NCBI GenBank assembly: GCA_964370105.1 | Contig: CAYJHB010000001.1 | Location: 1-33,212, forward strand | Reading direction: 5' to 3' | DNA: 33,212 nt | Source: an uncultured Muribaculaceae bacterium | Lineage (GTDB): Bacteria > Bacillota_I > Bacilli_A > RF39 > UBA660 | Shown: positions 10,422 through 20,200 of the stretch, in pieces | Layout: every line of letters begins with the position of its first letter | How positions within the stretch are numbered: the first letter of the stretch is position 1 | The notes under the pieces: model-generated | The model's input: only the letters and a program-made list of their open reading frames with translations | Databases searched by the model: none | What the model was told of the DNA's origin: nothing | Program-made: the position numbers and the translations under genes

Positions 10422-12461
10422 ATGAAAAAGAAATTATTTATAATTATACCAATATTAATTGCCATAATTGTTTTTTTAGTAGTTTACTCTTACTATAATA
10501 CAAGCGATGCAGAAACATCTCTTTCTATCAGTGACAAACAATGGATTGAAGATAACGCACTAAGTGTAGTGGACTTTGAAGTTGTTAATGATTACCCATT
10601 ATATGGGATGAATGGAACTGGTGTTTTATTTTCTTTTTTATCTGATTTCAGTACAGATACAACAATTGAAATAAATAAGATTCCGTATTTAAAAACAGAA
10701 GAACCAAATTCAAATGCATACAGTTTCCAAGTGTTAAACAGTGATGAAAAGCTAACTGAAAATGACTTACTAATAATTGAAGATAGTTATGTTCTAATTT
10801 CTAAAGAAAATAAAAAAATTAATAATCTAGAAGATGTAATTGATCAAAAAATAGGGGTTATTAGTAGTGAAGTAGCAGAGTTATCTTATTATTTTAAGTC
10901 AACTGAAAATACAACAATTACGGGATATGATACAATTGATGAATTATATGAAGCATTAGATTCAGGAGATGTTACAATGATCTCTATTCCTAATATCATG
11001 CACATGGATAAAACAATTGTAACTGATGATTACCATATTAATTACTATTTAACTGAAATAAGCAAAAAACTAGTGTTAAGATTAAGTGAAAATGATGATA
11101 GATTAAATGAAATAGTAAAGAAATATTTTAATAACTGGATGTTGAATTATTATTCAGAAGAGTACAATAAAACTTATTTTGACTATTATATTGAATCAAA
11201 AGAAATTACTTCGAAAGAAGAAGCAGATTTAATATCTAAAAACTACATCTATGGATATGTAGAGAACTATCCATATGAAATGACAATAGATAATAAAGCA
11301 GAGGGTATTGCAAGTGAATATATTAACCGTTTAGCTAGATTAACAGGTATTGATATAGAATATCAAAAATATTCAACTGTAGAAGATTTACAAGAAGCAA
11401 TTAATAATAATCAAGTAGATATAGCATTTAATAACCAAAACTATAATGCTGATAACTATAATAAAAGTAAGTCACCATTTTATGAGAGCTATGTTATTTT
11501 AGGTAAAACAACTGAAGAATATATTATTAATAGTTTTGAAGCTATCAAAAACGAAGAAGTAGTAATGCTTCAAAAAGATTATTTATATGAATATGTAACT
11601 TTGAATACATCTGTTAATATAACTAATTATAATAATATTAATGAACTAATAGACAATGTGGAGTCAGAGTTAGTTATCATTGATAAAGAAATTTATGAAT
11701 ATTATAAAAATACATTATTTATTGATTATGATTTCTTATATACTGATTATATGACTAATGATTATTCGTTTTTAGTCATTAATACAGATTTAGTCTTCAA
11801 AGATTTATTTGATTATGTTATTATGTCTAACTCATACTATAAATATCGCCAAACAGGATTAAGTAATTTAAGAATGTCATTATTTGAAAGATCTACTTTC
11901 CAAACAGTATATTTTATTGTACTAGGTGCGGTATTAATACCGATTGTTATAGCTATCGTAACTTATTTGATTTTAAAGAAAAGAAAAGTAGTTAAAACAG
12001 TGCGTAAAGATGAAAGACGAAAGTATACTGATTTACTAACATCACTTAAAAATAGAAATTACTTAAATTTGAAAAAAGAAGAGTGGGAAAATAATACTAT
12101 TTATCCACAGTCAGTTGTTGTAATAGATTTAAATAATGTAAAATATGTTAATGATAACTATGGACATGAAGCAGGGGATAATTTAATTGTAAAAGCTGCT
12201 GCTATGTTAGTAAATACACAATTAGAAAATAGCGAAATTATTAGAACTGATGGTAATGAATTTTTAATTTACTTAGTTGGATATAGTGAACAACAAATGT
12301 CTACATATGCAAAAAAATTAACTAAAGAAATGCAAAACCTACCACATGAGTTCGGTGCTGCAATAGGATTCAGTATGATTCTAGATGATATAAAACTAAT
12401 TGATGATGCTATTAATGAAGCAACAATAGCAATGCGAAAAACTAAAGAAATGGATAAGTAA
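10422..12461 (+). CDS. Membrane protein with a large extracytoplasmic (solute-binding-like) region and a C-terminal GGDEF-type domain carrying a degenerate DGNEF motif
   Basis: N-terminal TM, a ~470-aa extracellular part, and a second TM (YFIVLGAVLIPIVIAIVTYLIL). These are followed by VVVIDLNNVKYVNDNYGHEAGDNLI ... RTDGNEFLIYL, which fits the GGDEF-domain pattern D-x-D-x-F-K-x-x-N-D-x-x-G-H-x-x-G-D ... R-x-GGDEF. SD AAGGAG is present. Confidence 0.8.
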   Translation: MKKKLFIIIPILIAIIVFLVVYSYYNTSDAETSLSISDKQWIEDNALSVVDFEVVNDYPLYGMNGTGVLFSFLSDFSTDTTIEINKIPYLKTEEPNSNAYSFQVLNSDEKLTENDLLIIEDSYVLISKENKKINNLEDVIDQKIGVISSEVAELSYYFKSTENTTITGYDTIDELYEALDSGDVTMISIPNIMHMDKTIVTDDYHINYYLTEISKKLVLRLSENDDRLNEIVKKYFNNWMLNYYSEEYNKTYFDYYIESKEITSKEEADLISKNYIYGYVENYPYEMTIDNKAEGIASEYINRLARLTGIDIEYQKYSTVEDLQEAINNNQVDIAFNNQNYNADNYNKSKSPFYESYVILGKTTEEYIINSFEAIKNEEVVMLQKDYLYEYVTLNTSVNITNYNNINELIDNVESELVIIDKEIYEYYKNTLFIDYDFLYTDYMTNDYSFLVINTDLVFKDLFDYVIMSNSYYKYRQTGLSNLRMSLFERSTFQTVYFIVLGAVLIPIVIAIVTYLILKKRKVVKTVRKDERRKYTDLLTSLKNRNYLNLKKEEWENNTIYPQSVVVIDLNNVKYVNDNYGHEAGDNLIVKAAAMLVNTQLENSEIIRTDGNEFLIYLVGYSEQQMSTYAKKLTKEMQNLPHEFGAAIGFSMILDDIKLIDDAINEATIAMRKTKEMDK

Positions 12462-12463
12462 TT

Positions 12464-13297
12464 ATGAAAATAATAAGCAAGTTTATTAACCAAGTATATT
12501 TAATTGTAAGAAAACCGCAAATGAGTGTACTACCAGGTCAACTTGCTTTTTTTCTTGTCTTATCAATTATACCTTTAATAGCATTAACAGGAACAATAGT
12601 AGCGATACTATCTGTATCAAACGCAGAATTTATGAATCTAATTGAATCTATTTTCCCGGCCGATATAGCTAGTTTTATCATGCCAATTTTTGAAAGTAAT
12701 ACTAATGTTAGAAGTTTAATAGTTTTCTTTGTATCAGCTTTTATTCTAGCTTCTAATGGACTATATTCAATGAATATAGTAGCTAATAATATATATAATG
12801 TTCATACTAAATCATATTTAGGAAGAAGAATGAAATCAGTAGGTTTAACATTTATATTAATATTAATTATTATATTTTTGTTGGTAATACCTGCATTTGG
12901 AGATTCTATTTTTAATATGATTACATCACTAATAGGACAAAATAGAATTGTTGATAGTGCCTATTTAGTATTTCAAATAATTAAATATCCATTTTCTTTA
13001 TTATTTGTATATATTAATTTAAGAATAATATATATAATGGCACCAGATAAAAAAATAAGCCGTAAGTCAACTAGAGTTGGGGCATTATTCACAACCGTTT
13101 GTTGGATAGTTATAACATATGGCTACTCAATATGGATTAACAATTTCAGTAATTATACAGAACTGTATGGTTATGTTGCTAATATGATAGTTTTAATGCT
13201 ATGGATATATATACTAGCCTATGTTTTCACAATTGGACTAGCACTTAATGCAAAAGTTGATAAAGACCATAAGGAGGAAGAAAATGAAAATAATTGA
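12464..13297 (+). CDS. YihY/BrkB (formerly 'RNase BN') family integral membrane protein
   Basis: LPGQLAFFLVLSIIPL signature near the N-terminus, about 6 TM segments, 277 aa. Confidence 0.8.
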   Translation: MKIISKFINQVYLIVRKPQMSVLPGQLAFFLVLSIIPLIALTGTIVAILSVSNAEFMNLIESIFPADIASFIMPIFESNTNVRSLIVFFVSAFILASNGLYSMNIVANNIYNVHTKSYLGRRMKSVGLTFILILIIIFLLVIPAFGDSIFNMITSLIGQNRIVDSAYLVFQIIKYPFSLLFVYINLRIIYIMAPDKKISRKSTRVGALFTTVCWIVITYGYSIWINNFSNYTELYGYVANMIVLMLWIYILAYVFTIGLALNAKVDKDHKEEENENN

Positions 13298-13892
13298 TGA
13301 AAAAACAACGTACATTGATGAAGAAGTAGTTATTGAAGATAATGTAATTATCTATCCTAATGTTACTTTAAGAGGTAAAACTATCATCAAGAGTAATACA
13401 GTTATTGAATCAAATAGTATTATTATTAATAGTATTATAGGTGAAAATAATTATATTAAAGCTTCATATATTGAAAACAGTGAAATTGGTAGTAGTAATA
13501 AAATCGGTCCTTTTGCCCACTTAGATAAAGCAATATTGGAAGATAATAATATCATAGGAAATTACGTAGAAATTAAAAGAAGTGAACTAGGAAATGATAA
13601 TAAAGCCAAACATTTAAGTTATTTAGGAGATTCTAAATTAGAAAATAATATTAACATAGGAGCATCTACTATTATCGCTAATTACAATAGTAAAAGAAAA
13701 TTAAAAAGTAAATCAACAGTTAAGAGTAATGTTTCAACAGGGGCACATGTAACTTTAATTTCTCCAATAACTGTGGAAAAACACACACAAATAGCTGCTG
13801 GATCAACTATAACTGTAGATATTCCAAAAAATTCCTTAGTGATAGCAAGAAGTAAAGAAGTTATAAAAAAAGATTACTATAAGGAGAACTAA
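13284..13892 (+). CDS. Stand-alone left-handed beta-helix acetyltransferase resembling the C-terminal domain of GlmU
   Basis: Hexapeptide repeats throughout. The block GNYVEIKRSELGNDNKAKHLSYLGDSKLENNINIGASTIIANYN...AAGSTITVDIPKNSLVIARS resembles the GlmU acetyltransferase core (VEiK...HLsYlGD...NiGaGtIt.NYDG...AAGs.vT.dVP...L.i.R). SD AAGGAGG at 13271-13277 precedes ATG 13284, so the track start at 13248 is rejected. The gene overlaps the yihY-like gene by 14 nt. Confidence 0.8.
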   Translation: MKIIDEKTTYIDEEVVIEDNVIIYPNVTLRGKTIIKSNTVIESNSIIINSIIGENNYIKASYIENSEIGSSNKIGPFAHLDKAILEDNNIIGNYVEIKRSELGNDNKAKHLSYLGDSKLENNINIGASTIIANYNSKRKLKSKSTVKSNVSTGAHVTLISPITVEKHTQIAAGSTITVDIPKNSLVIARSKEVIKKDYYKEN

Positions 13893-15112
13893 TGCAAGAT
13901 ATAATAATCAAAAAACAACAAGGTTTAGAACTGACTAAAGAAGAGCTAAGTAATATCTTCAATGGATATATAGAAAACACCGTTACTGACGAAGTAATGA
14001 CGCTGTTGTTAAAGGCAATATGTTCTAAAGGAATGACAGATCAAGAAATATATGATTTGACTGATATTTTTATTAAGAGTGGAGATATTATAGATCTTAG
14101 TCAAATAGAAGGAATAAAAGTAGACAAACATTCAACTGGTGGTGTAGGTGATAAGACAACTTTAATTATCGGACCAATTGTCGCGGCTTGTAATGTAAAA
14201 TTTGCCAAGATGAGTGGTCGAGGATTAGGACACACAGGTGGTACAATTGATAAACTAGAAAGTGTTGCTGGTTTTAAAACTACTCTAACAGAAGAAGAAT
14301 TTATTAATCAAGTTAAAGAATTAAATATATCCCTAGTATCCCAAACAGCTAACTTAGTGCCTATGGATAAAAAAGTCTATGCTTTAAGAGATGTTACTAA
14401 CACAGTAGCATCAATCCCGCTAATAGCAGTTAGTATTATGAGTAAAAAAATAGCAAGTGGAGCAGATAAAATACTTATTGATATCAAACTAGGTAAAGGA
14501 GCATTCTTAAAAACAAAAGAAGAAGCTGAAAAACTATCAAACTTAATGATAGCTATAGGGAAAGATTTTAACCGTGAAGTAAGAACAATTATAACAGATA
14601 TGGATAATCCTCTAGGTAAAGCAATTGGTAATAGCTTGGAAGTAATGGAAGCTATCCAGGTATTGAAAAATGAGACAACTGATTATTTAAGAGATTTATG
14701 TATAGAACTTTCTACTAATTTGGTAAGCATGGGAAAAAACATAGACTACAGTAGTGCAAAGGAAGAAGTTATTCAAAGCCTTCTAACAGGAAAAGCTTAT
14801 AATAAATTTTTAGAATTTATTAATGCTCAAGGAGGAAATATTAATAGTTTAGAAATAAGTCCAAATTATGTTGAAATTATTGCCGAAAAAGAAGGGATAG
14901 TTAAAAGTATTGATGCCCTAAAACTAGGTTTACTAGCAGTCGAATTAGGTGCAGGAAGAAAAGAAAAAAACCAACCAATAAATCATCAAGTAGGAATAGT
15001 ACTTGAAAAACAAGTAGATGATATAGTGACAATAGGTGACTCATTATTAAAAATATATTATGATAAAAAACCACCAGTTATTAACAGTAATGACTATATT
15101 ATAATTGAGTAG
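13892..15112 (+). CDS. pdp: Pyrimidine-nucleoside (thymidine) phosphorylase
   Basis: KHSTGGVGDKTTL, SGRGLGHTGGTIDKLES and ALRDVT motifs. 406 aa. The ATG overlaps the preceding TAA. Confidence 0.95.
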   Translation: MQDIIIKKQQGLELTKEELSNIFNGYIENTVTDEVMTLLLKAICSKGMTDQEIYDLTDIFIKSGDIIDLSQIEGIKVDKHSTGGVGDKTTLIIGPIVAACNVKFAKMSGRGLGHTGGTIDKLESVAGFKTTLTEEEFINQVKELNISLVSQTANLVPMDKKVYALRDVTNTVASIPLIAVSIMSKKIASGADKILIDIKLGKGAFLKTKEEAEKLSNLMIAIGKDFNREVRTIITDMDNPLGKAIGNSLEVMEAIQVLKNETTDYLRDLCIELSTNLVSMGKNIDYSSAKEEVIQSLLTGKAYNKFLEFINAQGGNINSLEISPNYVEIIAEKEGIVKSIDALKLGLLAVELGAGRKEKNQPINHQVGIVLEKQVDDIVTIGDSLLKIYYDKKPPVINSNDYIIIE

Positions 15113-15122
15113 AGGTATTAAA

Positions 15123-16268
15123 ATGAAAAAACTGTGGAGTTTAATAGCCATATTATTATTAACAGGTTGTGGTGAAGAACAACTAAAAGTAAAAGAGGAA
15201 GAACAAGTTAAGCCACCAGAACCAGTAATCGAAGAAACTACAATATCTTTGGCAATGGTAGGAGATGTTTTGATTCACAGTGCTTTATATGCTGATGCTA
15301 AAACCACAACAGGATATGATTTTAACAATATGGTTATAGAAACAAAAGAACTTATTAGTCAACATGATTTAGCTTTTTATAATCAAGAAACAATATTAGG
15401 GGGAAGTGAATTAGGATTAAGCAGTTATCCTAGATTTAATTCACCATATGAAGTAGGAGATGCATTCGTCGATTTAGGATTTAATCTAGTTGCGCTTGCT
15501 AATAATCATAGTTATGATCGTGGTGAAACAGCAATAATAAATTCTCTAAATTATTGGGATTCAAAAGAAGGAATTATTACAGCTGGAACATATCGATCAG
15601 AGTCAGAAAGAGTAGAAGAAAAAATAGGCGAAGAACAGGGGATAACCTATGCTCTACTATCTTATACTACTTTAAATAATGGATTAGCAACGCCTCAAGG
15701 AAAAGAATATTTAGTTAATATGTATAACTATGACATAGTAAAACAAGATGTTGAAAGATTAAGTGATAAAGTAGATGTTTTAATGGTATCAATGCATTGG
15801 GGAGTAGAATATGTTCATACACCAAATGAAGAACAAATTAAAATAGCAAATGAATTAGCAGCTCTAGGAGTTGACATAGTAATAGGTCATCACCCACATG
15901 TTATACAACCAATAACTTATATTGATGACACCCTTGTTATTTACTCCCTAGGTAATTATCTTTCAGGCCAAGTAGGAGAATCTAAAACAATTGGAGCTTT
16001 AGTGAGCTTAGATATAACAAAGAAAACAGTAGATAAAAAAGTAGAATCAATTACCTATAGTAATTTAGGAACAGAATTAATTTTTACTGATTCTTATACA
16101 TATTATTCAGAAAATTACAGTAGTTGGATAGGTAGTAATTATAAACTATATCCATTCAGTAAACTAAATGACTCAATATTACCAAACTATTTATCACTAA
16201 AAGATAAATATGATAACATATTAACTAATATGTACCAAGGTATAAATGTAAATAAATATACAAATTAA
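15123..16268 (+). CDS. CapA/PgsA-family metallophosphoesterase-like lipoprotein
   Basis: MKKLWSLIAILLLTGCG contains the lipobox LTGC. Also has MVGDVLIH, ANNHSYD, MHWGVEY, GHHPHVIQP and SLGNY motifs. ATG 15123 is preferred to the track start at 15105. Confidence 0.85.
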   Translation: MKKLWSLIAILLLTGCGEEQLKVKEEEQVKPPEPVIEETTISLAMVGDVLIHSALYADAKTTTGYDFNNMVIETKELISQHDLAFYNQETILGGSELGLSSYPRFNSPYEVGDAFVDLGFNLVALANNHSYDRGETAIINSLNYWDSKEGIITAGTYRSESERVEEKIGEEQGITYALLSYTTLNNGLATPQGKEYLVNMYNYDIVKQDVERLSDKVDVLMVSMHWGVEYVHTPNEEQIKIANELAALGVDIVIGHHPHVIQPITYIDDTLVIYSLGNYLSGQVGESKTIGALVSLDITKKTVDKKVESITYSNLGTELIFTDSYTYYSENYSSWIGSNYKLYPFSKLNDSILPNYLSLKDKYDNILTNMYQGINVNKYTN

Positions 16269-16290
16269 AACACTTTTTAAGTGTTTTTTT
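16267..16290. terminator. Bidirectional rho-independent terminator between convergent genes
   Basis: AAAACACTT (16267-16275), TTT loop, AAGTGTTTT (16279-16287). It is flanked by an A-run and a T-run. It lies between the capA-like stop and the stop of the - strand gene. Confidence 0.8.
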
Positions 16291-17122
16291 AATTAATATA
16301 ACGTACATAATACTCATCATATGTCAAATTGCTATTTTTAACAGCAGTTGCTATCTCAACACCAACATATCTATAATGCCAAGCCTCATATTGATATCCA
16401 GTAATATCTTCAAAACCTAAAGGATATCTAAGAATAAATCCATACTTATAAGCATTATCACTCATCCAATTAAATTCCTTTGTATTACCAAAAGAACTAA
16501 AAGAACTACTTATATTATCAACATCTACTACTAATCCAGTTTGATGTTCAGAATGTCCCGCTCTAGCAGAATAAGTATCGGCTTTATCAACACCATCAAG
16601 ATTTACATAATTATTATATAAGGTGTTTTGATAAGAATAACTTCTGTAACTAGAGACAGCTCTAATAGAATAACCACTATCTCTAGCATTTCTACATAAA
16701 TCTTCAAAAGCAGACTTAGCCGCACCAACTAAATAAATACCTCCAATAGAACAGTCATTACTAATTAATTCTAGATTATCAGGAATAAAATCCTTTGGCA
16801 AATAATTATATTTATTAACTAAAACATTGTATTCATTGAGATTATTTACCTCTATCACATTTGTATAAAACTCGTTATCTAACCCAATATTAACTCTAGT
16901 TACAATATCTTCATAACTCAAGTCTGGATTATTAATTTCATAATTATTATATCTCTCTTCAAAATCTTCTATATAATAATCTAATTGAAGTTCTTCAGTT
17001 CTATCAATATTGTTATTACCACTATCACCAATTTGACTATTGTTAGTCATAAAAAAAATCACTCCTCCTATAGATATAAAAATAATAAGAAATAAACAAG
17101 TCAATATTTTATTCATAATCAC
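16289..17122 (-). CDS. M15B-family peptidoglycan carboxypeptidase (VanY / LdcB-like)
   Basis: N-terminal TM, then SSYRSYSYQ, AGHSEHQTGLVVD and EAWHYRYVG, the Zn-ligand/catalytic motifs of VanY/LdcB enzymes. SD AGGAGT is present. ATG 17122 or 17116 could be the start. Confidence 0.9.
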   Translation of the reverse strand: MIMNKILTCLFLIIFISIGGVIFFMTNNSQIGDSGNNNIDRTEELQLDYYIEDFEERYNNYEINNPDLSYEDIVTRVNIGLDNEFYTNVIEVNNLNEYNVLVNKYNYLPKDFIPDNLELISNDCSIGGIYLVGAAKSAFEDLCRNARDSGYSIRAVSSYRSYSYQNTLYNNYVNLDGVDKADTYSARAGHSEHQTGLVVDVDNISSSFSSFGNTKEFNWMSDNAYKYGFILRYPLGFEDITGYQYEAWHYRYVGVEIATAVKNSNLTYDEYYVRYIN

Positions 17123-17163
17123 TCCTTATAAATTATATGAAACGAAAGAAATCTTATACCACC

Positions 17164-17192
17164 ACTATAACATAAACTAGACAATATGCCTA
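17164..17192 (-). promoter_or_regulatory. Possible promoter of the M15B carboxypeptidase gene (- strand)
   Basis: Read on the - strand: -35 TAGGCA (17192-17187), 17-nt spacer, extended -10 TGtTATAGT (17172-17164). It overlaps the -35 of the divergent cgs promoter. Confidence 0.35.
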
Positions 17193-17206
17193 CTATTTGC
17201 TACAAT
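17178..17206 (+). promoter_or_regulatory. Sigma-A-type promoter of the giant glucan-synthase gene
   Basis: -35 TAGACA at 17178-17183, 17-nt spacer, extended -10 TGcTACAAT at 17198-17206. SD AGGAG lies ~8 nt before ATG 17238. Confidence 0.6.
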
Positions 17207-17237
17207 TAAAGTAATATCAAATTAATAGGAGTAGTAT

Positions 17238-20200
17238 ATGACAAAATTAATCAGCAATTATAAAACTAACAAGAAATATCTAGCAAAGTATTACAAAAAA
17301 CTAGTCTCCTTAACAAAGAAAAAAAACTATGTCGGAGCTAACAATGAATGGTTAATTGATAATTATCATGTTCTATTATTAAATGACGCCGAAGTCAAAA
17401 AAACTATAAAAATAAGTGATAATGTTTATCAACTTAATAATTACAATCAAGATTTACTAAAAACAATAGAAGAAGTCTTAGAAGATAGCAATTATAAAGT
17501 AAATATTAATAGCTTCATCAATAAATTGAAAACTAAAGGATATGAGTATACATATAAAGAATTAAATATGTTAACTACTATTATCTTATTTATTCTTGTT
17601 AATAAAGTTAGTGATATCTATCATGAAGAATCATCTAATATTAGTGATTTACTAGAAGCAAAAAAAATAAGAAAAAAACTTTTACAAGAACAATTAAATT
17701 CTTTTAAAAATTACAAAAAGTACACAAGAGGAATTGAAAAAAGACCAGTATTTTTAGAAAATATTGTTTACTTGATTCAAGAGATGGACTCATCATCACA
17801 ACATCTACTAGCAGAGTTAAATGATTACTTAGAAACAAAAGGAACAACTATAAAAGAAATGCTAAATAACATTCATCAACAACAAGCTGATAATAATATA
17901 ATAATTATTAATATATGGACTAGTTTAAATGAATTGTTGAAAGCTCAAATAACAACTGTGTATAATAAACTTAGTAATACAGAACAATTATTAAAACAAG
18001 ATAAAATGTATAAACAAATGGATGATAGATCAAAAGAAATCTATCGTCAAAAAATAATAAAATTAGCTAAAAGACTGAAAATAGAAGAAGAAGAGTTTGT
18101 AGAAAAACTAATAAAAAAATCTAAAGATGATGAAAAACATATTGGATTTTATTTATTTAAAACACCAAATATAAAGTTACGTACAACAACTTATATGGGA
18201 GCTATGTTATCGTTTACTGTTCTATTAACATTAGCACTTACTGTTATTTTTATACCACAAAAGATTTTGGGATTTTTCCTATTATTATTACCCTGTAATG
18301 AATTAGTATTTCAAATATTAAATAATTTTTTACTACGACACAGTAATCCAGATGAAATAGTTAAATTAGATTATGATAAAGGAATACCTAACAGTTCAGC
18401 AGTAATGATTGTAATGCCAACTATTGTTAAAAATAAAGAGAAAGTAATTTCATTATTTAAAACTTTAGAGACATATTACTTATCAAATATTGGTAAAAAC
18501 GTTCATTTTACATTACTTGCTGATGGTAAAGAAAACAAAGAAGAACACTATGAATTTGATGATGAAATTAATCAAGCTGGATTAGATGAGTGTTTAAGAT
18601 TAAATAAAAAATATGGAAGAGATATCTTTTTCTTTATTCATCGTAGAAGATTTTATAATAAAAATGAAGGATCATGGTTAGGAATAGAACGTAAAAGGGG
18701 AGCTCTTAATCATTTCAATTTAACATTGTTAAATAAATTAACAAAGGAAGAAAAGCAAAAATACTTCCAAGTTCAAAATTTAGATACCTTAAAAAGTAAA
18801 ATAAAGTATGTCATAACTTTGGATACCGATACACAATTAGTAGTTAATACAGTATCAAAACTAGTAGGAGCAATGGATCATCCGCTTAATACACCGGTTC
18901 TAAATAAAACTAAAACCAAAGTAGTTAGTGGTTATGGTATTATGCAACCTAAAATTAGTCTAGATATAGAATCAACAAATAGAAGTATTTATTCCCAATT
19001 ATTTGTAGGTATTGGTGGTTTTGATATTTATAACAGAACAACACCTAATCTTTATCAAGATATCTTTAAAGAAGGATCGTTTGTTGGAAAAGGAATTTAT
19101 AATTTAGAAACATATGATCAAGTACTAACTAATGCATTCCCAGATAATTTAATTTTAAGTCATGATTTAGTAGAGGGTAATTATTTAAGATGCGCTTACT
19201 TATCTGACATTGAACTATATGATGATTTTCCATCTAAATATCTAACTGATGCTATGCGTAAACATCGTTGGGCAAGAGGAGATACACAAATAAGTGGATG
19301 GATGTTCAAAAAAGTAAGAAACGCTAGAAATAGAAAAGTAAATAATCCATTTAACTTTATAGAAAAGTGGAAAATCTTTGATAACTTACGTCGTAGTTTC
19401 TTAGATTTTAGTTACTTATTAATTATAATAGCAGCATGTTTCTTAAATGCTAAAACTCCAGTTATCTTTCCTATTTTAGTTTTAATCATTATCTTACTAC
19501 CAATTCTTTATTATTTTTTAACAAAAATAAATTATAGAGCTTTTTTTGGTATCAAAAGAAAGAGATACCGTCGTTATTTTTATGGTAGTATCGCAGTCTT
19601 TTTAAGATGTTTAACAACGTTCGCTCTAATTCCATATAATGCTTTCTTATATTTAGATGCTACTATTAGATCTTTATATAGAATGCTAATTAGTAAGAAA
19701 AAACTACTTAATTGGATTACTGCAGAAGAAGCAGAAAAAATGGTTAAAAATAACCTTTCTGCATACTTTAAAAGATTCTTAATCAATTATATAGTCGGAA
19801 TTATCTTTATTGTTCTTGGCTTAGTAGATGATAGTTATACTATTATTATCTTTGGATTATTATTTATGGGAGCTCCATTACTACTATATTGGATTAGTAA
19901 AGAGTTCAATGAAAATAAAAATATTGAAAAGAAAAAGGAAGAAGTATTAACAAAACTAGCTTATGATACATGGAAATATTTTGATGATTTATTAACTGAT
20001 GAAAATAATTACTTAATACCAGATAATTATCAATTAAATAGAGAAGAAAAAGTAGGTGTACAAACATCGCCTACTAACATAGGAATGTCTATTTTAAGTA
20101 TCATATCAGCTTATGAGTTCAAATTTATTACATTAGAAAAAGCTTTATCATTACTAAATAGTATTATTAGTACTGTCGAAGAGCTAGATAAATGGAATGG

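Noticed and set aside
13248-13283. Longer track start for the LbH acetyltransferase (MQKLIKTIRRKK…). The same issue applies to track starts 15105 for the CapA-like gene and 31243 for spoIIAA.
   Set aside because: In each case a downstream ATG (13284, 15123, 31252) is preceded at 6-9 nt by a strong SD. These starts give a sensible N-terminus: the start of the beta-helix, a lipoprotein signal peptide, and the SpoIIAA N-terminus. The upstream starts lack an SD.
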